Assembly (NCBI RefSeq): GCF_009914755.1
Contig: NC_060925.1
Strand: one strand, 5' to 3'
Source of the DNA: the human T2T-CHM13v2.0 reference genome, Homo sapiens
DNA length: 64,000 nt
Numbering within the stretch: the first letter of the stretch is position 1; every line of letters begins with the position of its first letter. The notes beneath the pieces were generated by a model. That model saw only the letters and a list, made by a program, of their open reading frames with translations, made no database searches and was not told where the DNA came from. This document shows, piece by piece, positions 1 through 12,722 of this stretch. The position numbers and the translations under genes were made by a program.

Positions 1-469
1 CCCACCCCCACCCAGGAGCTAAGAGCCCTAAGGCCCTCTCCTTTTTCCCCCTGTTTCTGTTTCTTCCGTTAATACATCTCTCCCCTATAGGGGACTTGAC
101 TCCAAAGGGGCTGCTTGCCAGGCAGGAGCAGATAATATCTGCCTGACACCTACTGGCAATAAATGTCAATGCACAGACAGGTTGATGGGCTGAGATTGCT
201 TCCTATTGATGGAGGATGATGAAGTTGTGGTTTGGAGTGTGATTTCTGGCGAAAAGCAAAGGGATGTTGCAAAAGGGTATCCCCCTCACCCCGAGCTGAG
301 AGGGTGTGCCAAGAGTTTGTCCTGGCTGTGTGCAGGTGAGCCATGTACACAGGGCGGTTACGTGTATCCCTGTGCTGCTGTCATGGAAGTGCGAGAGTGT
401 GTGCGGAACTACGTGTGGAGAGTGTGTCTGGGAGTTCCGTCAGTGACCATGTGTTGGTGAGCATGTTAC

Positions 470-644
470 TGGGGCCACGGAATGTCTGTGTCTTCATCAC
501 TAATGGTGTGGGTATGTAGTGGTGGCCCTGTGAGGGTTGGTGTTCACCTGGGCGGGGGTGTTCATGGGGCCATGGAATGTCTGTGTCTCCATCACTAATG
601 GTGTGGATATGTAGAGGTGGCCCTGTGAGGGTTGGTGTTCACCT
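470..644. repeat. ~95-bp tandem duplication; second copy interrupted by an LTR and resuming at 1237-1252
   Basis: 470-564 and 565-644 are near-identical (tggggcca.ggaatgtctgtgtct.catcactaatggtgtgg...gttggtgttcacct). The missing tail gggc.ggggtgttcat appears after the LTR. Confidence 0.9.
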
Positions 645-1232
645 TGTAAAAAGTAAAATAGAGGTTCCTCTTCAAAGACTTTCCTCCCTGTCTAATTAGG
701 AATAAATAGTAACTTCTCTTAAAAGCAAAATTTATTCAAAGACCTGTGCTAACATTCTTAAATATCTGCTAGCCGTAATAAAGAAATCAATGTACTTTAT
801 GTTCTTAGCTCCCACAATTTAGCCTAAATATTTGCCCTGGCATGCTTATACTGGTCCAACAAGCATTAAGTCATAGCTTGTTCCTCTTCCTTATTTAAAA
901 GTGTTTTTGTCTTTCTCAGCATTCCACAAGTTACTTTCTCCTTCCTTTGTTCTCCTCTACCTTTGCCTCTTTTAAAAAGTTCTAAATTGCTAGCCAATCA
1001 GGACAAATACAGAGTGAGGGGTCCCATTCCAGCCAATGGAAACCGTTCACAGCAGCAGGGTGGACGCGTCAGGTTACAAAATAACTTGACTCCGTTGTTC
1101 GGTGTACTCTGGTGGCAAAACTGCTGGTGGGTGTACCCTTTCTGCAGGAAGTAAAAATGGCCTTACTAAATAAATTAAATTTATGTTCAAGTGCTATTTT
1201 TTTATGGCACCGGAGAACAAGCATTTCAAACA
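645..1232 (+). mobile_element. ERV1 solo LTR, LTR10C-like
   Basis: TG...CA termini, 4-bp TSD acct (641-644 / 1233-1236), two CCAAT boxes (994, 1033), AATAAA near 1169. Matches recalled LTR10C consensus. Confidence 0.8.
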
Positions 1233-1511
1233 ACCTGGGCAGGGGTGTTCATGTGTGGGGTGTAGGGGTTGTCACAGCTCCAGTGCGGGATGTTGGAGAG
1301 GGTGTCTCTTCATTTCCACCCATAGGTTCCTTCTTAAACTTGAACTCTCTCCCAGCCAGAAAGGGTAGGAGCCTCTTCCAGCCAGAAGCGGGACTCGAAG
1401 CAGGATCAAAGGGCTGGGCAGTGTGGATGCCTTCACCTACAGACCAGCTTCCCTGACCTCTCGGGAAGCTTCATGTTCTAACCTAGAGAGAGAACAATAT
1501 GTCTTGACTAA

Positions 1512-1530
1512 ACACACACACACACACACA
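1512..1530. repeat. (CA)n microsatellite
   Basis: Direct read. Confidence 0.9.
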
Positions 1531-3677
1531 CTCTTGCACACTCTTGGACATGCAGGAAGGCAAAGCTCTACCACCCCATAGGGAAAAGTCCACAGGGAGG
1601 CAGAAGTAAACCCCTCGTCTACCTTCTCTGGGACGTCATGCTGCCAGGACGACAGCCGGGGCTCTGTGAGAGTGAGCCGTCCTCCTCTTAGCTCTGGTCC
1701 TGGGATTCAGGTGCTAACAGCTCCCATCAGCGTTTTCCCCAAACTGATGTTACTAGCAAATGTGCTGGTGGTGAAGACAGCGGTCATTTGTGAGCGCTTG
1801 CAGTGCGGCAGGCACCGTGCTGCTTGTTCGCGTGGATGGTCTCCTTTTACTCTGCGTGGCAACACTAGCAGTGCTGCTGTTTTCCTCGCTGGGGCTCAGG
1901 TGACAGAGCTCACCCTGGGTCACTTGGGGAAGACTGCTGGTCCTGTCTTCCCTTCTTTCAGTCCTGGCATCTTCCATGCCAGCTGGGCGGATGGCTGTGG
2001 CTGCCCATACGAAGCCTGCATTTCCTATGCGTTCTCACGTGTGTTGAGGTCATGTGAGCTCAGTCCAGGCCATGAGGTGCAGCTGAAAATGATGTGTGCT
2101 GGTTCCAGGGGTCTTCCCTTTGGGGTGTAGCTGTGCCCTCCCTGGTCCTTTTTCCTCCTCCTTGGGCTGGGCAACACCCAGGCCTGGTGCATCCCAGTGA
2201 CCCTAGGAGGATGTTGGGAGCTAAGCAGTCACAGTTGCCCTTTGGGCCATGGCTGCTTACATCTGAGCTAGACCATGGGAGGGAAAGCTCTACTTTTGTT
2301 AGTCTGGGCCCTGTGCAGAGTGTTCTCTCGTTAGTACAGCAATGGGTACCAGAAATGGAACTGCCATACATAAACCAAAAGGATGCAGGGCTTGTCTGTC
2401 AGACAGCAGGCAGTGAGGACCCAGGCCTCACAAGCTGGAGGCTGGGGTGCTTCAGAGCATCCTCCATACAATCTTAGGATTGCTGGAATGCCAGTGACAG
2501 TCAGCCACAAGCTGGGGAAGAACTGGGTGGAAAGAGTCAGAAAATGGGTAGGTAGCTTCCTGTTGATTCTAGCGAAGTCCAGGAGACAAGAGCCAACTGC
2601 TTTGCTGGCAGAGAGAGAGAAGGACAGCTCTGCTCAGGGAAGGCCTCTCTGCTGGTGCCCACCCGCCAGGTGGACTGAGTGTTCAGAAATCTGGGCCTTG
2701 GTTTGAGAGCGTCACCTTTTGACCCACACACAATGGGATAGAAAGTGGGCACTTTGGCCTTGAGCAAGCATCTGCTATTAATACTTCCTGGTCCAACTGT
2801 AAAGCCAGGATAAAGGGAAAAGGGCAGATTGAGGGCCTTGTAACTCCCCACCCACGTCTATGGTTTCTGAAGGTCTCAAAGAAGCTGTCATTCAGAAGGG
2901 GATGAGCCTAGCACAGAGGCCTGAATGTGAAAGAGGAGATTCAGGCTTAAGCCTCATGTGAAAATGAGGCCTGTGCTTATGATTCTGTGGGCCTGAAACA
3001 TAATGGAAACCTGTGAGAGTTTGGGAGAACTCATTTGACAAGTAGAATACAACCGTCACCTGCAAATTCTTAGACCGTGAAGAGTCTGGAAGTAAAGCCC
3101 TGTCTCCCTGAAACTTCAGCTCTTAAGAAGGGCATGCTGCAACACCTCCCTCAGATACACAAAGCAGGGTACACCTAAGAGGGGGAAGCGAGAGGCCACC
3201 GACTGTGGACAGCGAGCTCCTCCCACCTCCTCCAGAGCAGAACCAAAACTGGATAAATGCGTTCATCTGGGGGACAAAGATTCCTCAGGATCGTTACATT
3301 GGACTGGAAAAAGGTGTGGCTTAACACTTGCGGTTGCAATATCCTCTGTGGATTTTATGAAAACATACTGCAATGCAATCATCATAGAACTCGTCATTAT
3401 TTAAGTAAAGGAATATTAGAAGAGCTAGAAAATATTGGAGAAGGAGTCAAGATGGTTTGGGGCTTAAACTCCTGGTGACGTGGACTCTCAGAGGCAGTGG
3501 GGGGTGAGTGTGATTTTGGCTGGGGTTCCACCTCGTCCCCACTCATAAGTCCCAGGTAAGTCAGTTCCTTCCTTTTGTCTCTGTTTCCTAGCAAGTAAAA
3601 CAAGGCAGTAAGAAAGTCAGCTCTTTGTACCTTCTCTGGCTGTCATGAAGATCAGACCACAGAACATTGCAGAAGGT

Positions 3678-3740
3678 GAATTATGCCATGTTCTAGGGAA
3701 CTGAGCTGGGAATTATGCCATGTTCTAGGGAACTGAGCTG
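3678..3740. repeat. Perfect 32-bp-period tandem duplication
   Basis: gaattatgccatgttctagggaactgagctg at 3678-3708 and 3710-3740. Confidence 0.95.
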
Positions 3741-4819
3741 TCGCTGATATTGGCATGTTTGGGGAGAAAGGTGGAGATCAGCCTTTGCAGAGCCCATTCC
3801 AATTAATACAGATCAACCCTGAGGAAGACCTCGACACAAAGGGGTCAGCTGTTGGGGTCTTTCCATTGGCAAACTCCCTCGCTATTCTTGTATTGTTCAT
3901 GGACTCAGAAGCACGTCTCCAGCCTGCTCAATGCCAGATTCCAGAGTCGCAGAGGTGAGAGGCCGGTGAAGTCCCTGCTTTCCTGACATTTGTATTTTAG
4001 TCATGGAAGTAAACACAGAAGTAGGTGGGACTACATTGAACCAGACCTTCTTCACTGCTTACCAGTCACGGCCTGGAGTCCATTCTTTTGGACCCAGATT
4101 CAAAGACATAACATGCCACAGTCATGGCTACGTCTGAGCAGCCCCTTCCTGATTTGCCGACCAGGACTCCTGTGGTTGACATCATTATGAGGTTGTTATG
4201 GTGGTATTACTGGTTAATATTATCACCACTGTAATTGCTGTTCATGTTTAGGCAATATCTGTGTTTCCAAGTACATCCAGGATGCCCCCCCTTTCCCAGA
4301 TAACCACATTTACTTATTTTAATTATTGACAGGGAAGTTAATTGAAATATGGGACTTCCACAGACCCCAGAGTCTTCCAATGCTCTGATCCCAGACAATT
4401 TAAATAATTCTGCCAATAAAAATTCAACGAGATGCTATCAAACATTTTATGAGTCCGAACAGACAGGTCCCACTGTGTCTAAACATCTCTTTTTGGAACT
4501 CTCGTTGAGAGGAAACAAGCAAGTGTGAATGCCCAGCAGGATTTGTTCTCGAGTCCCCTTTTCTTAGAGTGCAAAACTCCTGAATCTCCCATTCCTTCTC
4601 CTATTTTTTTTTCCATTATTTTATTTACTTGAAAATATCCTGCTAAGTGACTTCTAAGAGCAGCTCTGTTCCACATGGTATGGAGCTGGGCCTCTTTCTC
4701 ATGAATGCCTTATTTACCAGCTCGCTAAGGTCTTAGGAAAATTGGCATCTTGGCCCTGAGAAAACAGGAGGTTGTTGCAATCCAGCTGCCAGCTGCTCGA
4801 CCTCGGGGGTGGGGGAGTA

Positions 4820-5880
4820 ATTACTGGGTTTCAGTTTCTTCGTTTATAACTTGGGGAGCATAACACCAACCCGCAGGGCTGTCCTGAAGAGTAAATGAGG
4901 TCGGAAGAGAAAGCTCCCAAAGCAAAGCCAGGCATGGACAGCAGCCCAGCTCTCCTGCAATAGCAAGAAAACAGAGAGCCCCCTTCTGCTGTGTCATCAG
5001 CAGCCTCCCTTACTCCATGTCAGCACGCCTTTCCCTTTCCCAAGGGGCAGGGGCCAGGGCATCCTGTGGGTACATGGGTGTTTTCTTCCTCCCATCCCCA
5101 CAGCCTGCCTTGCATAGGAAAAGAAATTGGAAAACAACAATGATGATGACATGTACAACCACAACAAGACATTCCTTCCGGGGAAGAAGCCCATTTTCTG
5201 GTGGGGAAGCAGGGCAGACTTCATAATTTTCAGGGTCCAAAGCAAAAGGAAAATGTCGTTCTCCCTATTCATAAATTATTAAGAATTTCAAAATGATGAC
5301 AGCAAGATATTAAAACTAGCATGAGCCTTTCTAAGCACAGGGCCCTGAGACCATGTTCAGGTCTCATGTCCGTGAAGCCATCACCAGGGAAAAGGATGTT
5401 CTTGTCACTTGTCACCTGTCCTGCTCATGGCAAGCCTCTCTGGGCTTGATTTTATTCTTACTCTCTTAAGAATCCCAAGGGGTAGGTATTTTTATCCATA
5501 GTTTATGGATAAGGAAATGTGAGAGCTCGGAAAATTGAGAGATTTCCCGAGGGGATGTGTCTCCAACTGCCTGCTCTCCTGAGACATTGGGAGTCGGATT
5601 TTCTGCAGAACCCGACGTGGCTCTCCCAAGCTGTGCTATGGAGGAAGAGTGGCCAGCACCCAGTCATCCAGCCAAGCCCCAGGGCCTGGATCTGCCTTGG
5701 TTGTTAAGAGCACAGTCTCTAGATCCAGGCTGCACATCCCTTCTTGCTACTGAGTTTGCAACTCAGGTGGCCTCAATTTCTCCACTTGGAAAACAGAGAA
5801 AATTATGCCTCATGAAGCTGTAGAGAGGATTGGATGAGCTGGCAAAGCAATGCTTTCAGAGCTCTGCCTGGCATATTAGC
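4820..5880. mobile_element. Cluster of degraded MIR SINE fragments (~4820-4940, ~5450-5570, ~5700-5880)
   Basis: MIR core-like motifs such as cagtttcttcgtttataac, ttttatccatagtttatggataaggaaa and gcctcaatttctccacttggaaaa. Confidence 0.55.
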
Positions 5881-6209
5881 AATCCTTGCATCCAGAGTGA
5901 TGGCTGTGCTCTATAACAGCCATAACTCTAGGGTGGCTGTAGGGTGAAAAGCAAATGGAAGGGAGGGTTGCCTGAGTTGTTCCCATGTCAGCAATCATGA
6001 AGTCGAGAGAGAGCTGCAGTCGTCCGCTAGTGTCTGCCATGCTGCAATTGTCTGTTAATGTCTGCCAGAGGTGCACCTGGAAGGTGAGGGTGCTGGTGTT
6101 GGTGGAGGTGCTAACCTACTCAAAGTGAATCCACACCTTCCCTCGAATCAGTAGAATCCGCAGGACACAGCCAGGTACTCCAGAACATACCCCACATCTC
6201 ACTTCTTGT

Positions 6210-6390
6210 TAAGCTCATGAGGACAGGAATAATGTATGTCTGTTGTGTTCACTGCTACTAGGTTGGTGCAGAAGTAAATTCGGTTTTGTCATTACTTTTA
6301 ATGGGGAAATGTTAAAATATTTCCCCAGCACCTAGAACAGTGCCTGGTAGGTTCTCAATAAATATTTATTTGAATGTTGTGAGTAGGTGA
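6210..6390 (+). mobile_element. L2 3' end fragment containing a partial MADE1 (~6258-6310)
   Basis: L2 tail (cagcacctagaacagtgcctgg...ctcaataaatatttatttgaatg) and MADE1-like TIR taggttggtgca...cattacttttaatgg. Confidence 0.6.
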
Positions 6391-6647
6391 ACCAAGAAAG
6401 ACGTTGACTCCAGCTGGATGCCTGGAGAGATGCAGAGTTGTTCTTTAGTTCTCCACGAGGCCCTGTGGCCCAGCCTAAGAGGCACTGGTACTGGAGTGAT
6501 GATGCAGCCCTTTGTCCCCACATAGATGTATGTCCTATAATACACCGTTGCAACATACACACACTGCATGCAAGCTGGGTATATTTTTTTTCCTGGAATC
6601 TTAAAGAACAAAGAAACATTTCAATGATATCTCCCCAGTCCAAAAGC

Positions 6648-7332
<685 letters not shown>

Positions 7333-7431
7333 GCTGTGCAGCCCCAGGCTTCTTGTCCATGATACGGGCAACATCTCTGACCAAGAGGTGTACCCTTAGC
7401 AAAGAATCTGCTATCTGCCTCAGTGGGTCAC

Positions 7432-7789
7432 TGTATTAGTCTGTTCTCATGCTGCTAACAAAGATATACTTAAGACTGGGTAATTTATAAAATAAAGAGG
7501 TTTAATTGACTCACAGCTCCAAATGGCTGGGGAGGCCTCACAATCATGGTGGAAGGTGAAGGAGGAGCAAAGGCATGTCTTACATGGCAGCAGACAAGAA
7601 GAGCTTGTGCAGGGGAACTGCCTTTTATAAGACCATCAGATCTCATGAGACCTATCCACAACCATGAGAACAGCATGAGAAAAACTGGCCCCCATGATTC
7701 AATTATCTCCACCTGGCCCCACTCTTGACACATGGTGATTATTAGCATTCAAGGTGAGATTGTGGTGGGGACACGGCCAAACCACATCA
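7432..7789 (-). mobile_element. THE1 (C/D-type) solo LTR
   Basis: tgtattagt...aaccacatca termini, 5-bp TSD gtcac (7427-7431 / 7790-7794). Confidence 0.9.
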
Positions 7790-7981
7790 GTCACAGATCA
7801 AAAGATTTGGATTATCAGAGATCATAGATAAATATTTAGTTATATTCTTATCGCCTTTCATCACATATATGTGTTTCCTTAGGCTCTGAACATCAGCATT
7901 AAATGTGGTTTTTATCTCTCTATTCCCAAGATTGAGGGCAAGGTATGGCTGATACCAGTGGAGCGCTTTGGAGGTGGAAGA

Positions 7982-8446
7982 TGTCATGGGTTGAATTGTG
8001 TCCCCCAAAGATATATAAACATCTTAATTCCTAGTACCTGTAAATATAACTTTGATTGGAAATAGGGTCTTTACAGAGATAATCAAGATAAGATGAGGTC
8101 CTAGGATGGGCCCTAATCCCATATGACTGGTAGTCTTATAAAAAGGGGAAATTTGGACACAGAGACATGCATGCAGGCATACACACAGAAAGCCATGTGA
8201 TGATGAGGACAGATACTGAGTGATGCTTCTACAAGTGAAGGAACACCAAAGGTTGTCAGCAGCCAGCAGAAGGTAGATGAGAGGCCTGAACAGCCCTCAG
8301 AAGGAAGGGCTTAACTCTGCCCACACCTTGATCTTGGGCTCTCAGCCCCCTGGAATGGTCGGACAACTGTGGGACAACATATTTCTGTTGTTTAAGCCCT
8401 CCAGCCTGGGCTGCTTTGTCACGGCAGCCTGAGCAAGCCAATACAG
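7982..8446 (+). mobile_element. MLT1C-like MaLR LTR
   Basis: tgtcatgggttgaattgtgtccccc...tttctgttgtttaagcc...ccaataca. Confidence 0.75.
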
Positions 8447-8787
8447 AGGTGTGGCAGATACTGGTGCTGGTCACCAGATATTTCTGGTTCTCCTTCTGGG
8501 CATATGGTGGGATCACCCAGATCCTACCTTCTTGGCCCATTCAAGTTGGGGATGGCCATAGCACTTGCTTTGAGTAGTGCAATGTGGGCAGAGATATGTG
8601 TGTGAATTCTAGATAGGAGTCTCCAAATTCAGTATGTGATTCACCACACTCCCTTCTGCCTGTTTCTATGACAGTGGGAGCATGTTCCCCATTTCCAAGA
8701 GGGAGCCTTGGCAGATTCCCTCCCTGAGGGATGACAGTTAGCTCAGGACCCTACCAACCTGCAATGGACCTTTAACGAATGGGGAAC

Positions 8788-8885
8788 TGTATTAGTCAGG
8801 GTTCTCTAGAGGGACAGAACTAATGGAATATATATATATATATATGTACATAGAGTTAAAATAGTTAATTGTAAGCCTCCATTCA

Positions 8886-8967
<82 letters not shown>

Positions 8968-9375
8968 GAGGAGTTTATTAAGTATTTACTCACATGATCA
9001 CAAGGTCCCACAATAGGCCGTCTGCAGGCTGAGGAGCAAGGAAAGCCAGTCCGAGTCCCCAAAACTGAAGAACTTGGAGTCCGATGTTCAAGGGCAGGAA
9101 GCACCCAGCACAGGAGAAAGATGTAGGCTGGGAGGCTAGACTGGCCTCTCTTTTCACATTTTTCTGCCTGCTTATATTCCAGCCTTGCTGGCAAGTGATT
9201 AGATGGTGCCCACCCAGACTGAGGGTGGGTCTGCCTTTTCCAGCCCACCGACTTGAATGTTAATCTCCTTTGGCAACACCCTCACAGGCACACCCAGGAT
9301 CCATACTTTGCATCTTTCAATCCAATCAAGTTGACAGTCAGTATTAACCATCACAAGTCCACCCCTTGTCAACTT
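8788..9375 (-). mobile_element. MLT2A (A2-type) ERVL LTR, the 3' LTR of a HERV-L remnant
   Basis: tgtattagtcagggttctctagagggacagaac...attaaccatcaca, with internal (TA)n/(CT)n tract. Confidence 0.85.
8828..8967. repeat. Compound (TA)n-(CT)n-(TA)n microsatellite with a unique insert
   Basis: Direct read. Confidence 0.95.
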
Positions 9376-9650
9376 GAACCCATACACATTCTTGAGTTCA
9401 TACATCATCTTCAAATAAAGACAATAATAAGGTCATAATTATGCCTAACATAATACAACCATCCTTCGTACAACCAGAAATGCACCAATCCCCAACCCAA
9501 ATACTATTACATAAAATTAACAATACTTAAATGCTGATGTGAAGTCAATAAATCTTAAGTCACATGATAAAGGAGAAAGGAAATAATAAAGATATTTTCT
9601 TAGTACAAGTGTATACAAGTGTATACATGTATTACACATGTCCATGCATT
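9376..9650 (-). mobile_element. HERV-L internal 3' fragment
   Basis: Polypurine-tract-like aaggggtggact (reverse strand) abuts the MLT2A LTR, followed by HERVL 3' internal-like sequence. Confidence 0.7.
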
Positions 9651-10989
9651 GCCGCTTGTGTAGGTACACACGTGTGCAAGTGTGCACACAGGCATGTTGT
9701 GGTTTCAGCAATTTCCTCTGGAGACCTCTTTGAAAGTGGGCAGCCTACCTGTGCTCAGGGGACAGTGTGCCTTAGTTCAACCAAGTCTGAAACAGCTGAG
9801 TCCAAGACACCATGAGTGTCTGAAATGAGGCATCATCCTCCCCACTGGGACTCACGGAGCTGCTCACCTGGGACTGAGGTGAGCCCCACGTTAAGTGGCC
9901 GTGTTGAGAAAGGGCTGATGCCGAAGTGATTTGTTGCACTACGCCTTTCTCACCTGCAATCTCCCCAAGCACAGGTTAAAAACATGGTAGAATCTCACTT
10001 AAGGCAGAAGAATGAAAACAGACCCAGAGCTCAAGAAAACCAGCTACTTTGGACAAAATCAGTCTTCACCAGAACGAACCAATTAAAACAAAATGGGTGC
10101 CTTATTCTATGCAGGACATTTGCATATTTTGCAAGTTCTTAACAACAGAGAAAAATCTCGAGGTGCCAGGACAGGAAACCTCAAGACAGCTCCCATTATC
10201 TTCAAAATAAACGAGAGGTGTCATTTTTAATGAAGGGAGGAAAAGGATGCCTTTAATCCCCTCTCCACACTCCCTCTCCCTCCCACAAGTTAGGAATCCT
10301 CTCCACAAGCTGCAGAGGAGAAAAAATATCAGTTAGCCAGGAAGTTTTGAGTGGGGTTTATTAGTCTTTTCAAATTCGTCAGCTGATTGTCTCCTAAACT
10401 TAAGCTTCTGTGGGACAGCAGCAGGTTGGACATTGATTCCACAGGCAGAGGCAGCTCCTGACCTCAGCAGGATTTTCAGGGAGCACGGAGGGTCTGCAGA
10501 GCTGCCTTATCACCAGGCTCTGTCTCTTTAAACAGGCAGCCAAACTGCAGGACAAGCTGAGCCTCCTCCAAGGAACATGGGATGGGAGGATGGCAGGGGC
10601 ACCCTGGGCACTTCCTGATGAGGAAGTTCTTTGTGAATCTTGCAGAAGGAGCAAAGCTTGGGGGCGTGGAGTGTGCATAGAACTGACCTTGCACATCTAT
10701 CCAAGAGGATTGTGCAAGCTGTCATCTGCTGGAGTCAGCAGCTGAGGCCACTGTGGTGGGAGCAGCATGCCCTCCTGCAATCATTCTGGCTCCAAATGTC
10801 GGCCATTTCATCACTACCTACTCAGTGGCCTTCAGAATATAGCACTTTTAAAAAGAAATAGTTAATTGTAAGCCTCCATTCACTCAAGAAGCTTTTCTTT
10901 GCATGGGGGGTGGAGCTTTCTGACAGGAGGAATTGGAAGATGGCCTTTGAGATTCCCAGGCCCTGGCCTGCATGCCCTGTATATCCCCA

Positions 10990-11460
10990 CCCCTTAAGTT
11001 TTGCAGGTGGGCCAGGCCTCATTAGGTGAGCCCTTTGAAAAGATTCTAAGGAACAGAGACAGAAGAAGACTGAGAGATCCAAAGCTGCAGAGACCCCCTC
11101 CTCTTGGCCTTGACAGAACAAACTGCACTGTTGTGAGTGCCACATGGCAAGGAACAGCAGATGCCTCTAGGAGCTGAGAGTGTCCCAGCTGCCAGCCATC
11201 AAGGAAGCCGGAGCCTCAGGCCCACACTGCAAGGAACTGAACTGTGTCCACAATGACATGGACTTGGAAGAGGATCCCAGGATCCAGAAAGGAATGCAGC
11301 ACAACCAACACCTCAACTGCAGCCCTGTGAGGCCCTAAGGGGAGAATGCAGACAAGCCATGCCAGACTCCTGACCTAGAGAACCCAGGAGATAAACAGAT
11401 GGTGTGTCGAGCCTGTGCTAGGGCTGTAGCCATTTGTTACATGACATAGATAGTCAACGT
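10990..11460 (+). mobile_element. MLT1E/F-like MaLR LTR fragment
   Basis: cacatggcaaggaac...tctaggagctgagag...cagccctgtgaggccct motifs. Confidence 0.6.
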
Positions 11461-11464
11461 GTAC

Positions 11465-11740
11465 TTTTTTTTTTTTGAGACAGGGTCTTCCTCTTTTGCG
11501 GACTGGAGTACAGTAATGCAATCACAGCTCACTGCAGCCTTGGACTCCTGGGCTCAAGCAATCTTCCTACGTCAGCCTCCCAGGTAGCTGGGACTACCCG
11601 CATGCACTACCACACCCTCCTAAATTTTTATGCTTTTCGTAGAGATGTGGTTTTATCCACCATGTTGCCCAGGCTGGTCTTGGACTCCTGGGCTCAAGTG
11701 ATCTGCCTGGGATTACAGGCATGAGCCACTGTGCCTGGCC
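11465..11740 (-). mobile_element. AluJ with a short internal deletion
   Basis: AluJ diagnostics (gagacagggtct, ctcactgcagcctt, ctgggctcaag). Diverged TSD caacgtgt.cttt on both sides. Confidence 0.85.
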
Positions 11741-12722
11741 AGCCAACGTGTGCTTTAAACAGGAGGGGGCGAGTGCACGGCTGGCCCAGCAGGGAGGGTG
11801 GGCCAGCTATGCACCACACTCCCACATTCCTCTGCGGTACCACCCACCCACTGTCTCCATATCTGCGGAGTGTGTGACAGTTCCGAGACAGGCTTCCTGT
11901 GGTGCATGTCTGCACAAGCTCATGCTTTCCTGTTGGCATTTTTCAGCTGTATTTTTCTCCCCAGCATGGTGTGCGCAGCAGGTAGGTGGGGCCGTGTCTG
12001 CCCTTTCCACCTCTGCATTCAGCCTACTGTCTGGCAGCTTGGTAAGTACCATAAGACTGAATGAGTTTATAGTTCAGCAACAGCATGGTGGGCACCATAG
12101 GGACCTGGGTTGGGGGTGGTGGTGAGGGGGAACTTCCAAGCAGCCACTGCACTCTCCCTAATTTGTGGTAGCCTCAGTTTGGGTGGAGTTGATTCCACTC
12201 TCAACTCAGGGTTGGGAGTGGGCTCTGATCCTGCTCACTTTGCCATAGAGATGAGCTCAGAGACAGACAAAAACCCAGCCAGAGGCTAATCTTCACACAG
12301 AGTCTCCGTGGCCCCAGGGACTGGTTCATTGGAGGTATTGGTTCACTGGACTGATTCATTGATGAGGTATTCTGTGGCTTGATGTTTTGAGAAAGAGAAG
12401 CATCTGCCTACACTGAAGACAGCTGATGCACACACACACTTTTGCAGTCACCTGCCCACCATAAGATAAGTCAGCCTTTGCATGGAGAGGGAACAATAAA
12501 AAAACAGAATCACAGAGAAGTAGAGCTGGTTCCTTGACCAAACCATAATTGAAAATCATTTACTTCCAGATTATTCTTATTGTTATATTACCTGAGCTGG
12601 GATTTTTACTGCCCACAATGCAAAGCACCCCCAAATGAACTGTGCAGGGAGGGCAGATATTTATTTCATTTTAATAGATGAGCATGAAGGTTTCAAGTTC
12701 TTAACCAAATGGCACTGGAAAC

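Noticed and set aside
3553-3561. Perfect splice donor CAGGTAAGT
   Set aside because: Isolated 9-mer in MIR-like context with no supportable upstream exon.
470-3740. Short direct repeats as a CRISPR-like array
   Set aside because: Only two adjacent units each, no spacers, and a eukaryotic context.
8450-8787. Possible old ERVL LTR fragments here, at ~12160-12620 and at ~24920-25260
   Set aside because: They look repeat-derived but are too degraded to name or delimit without an alignment.
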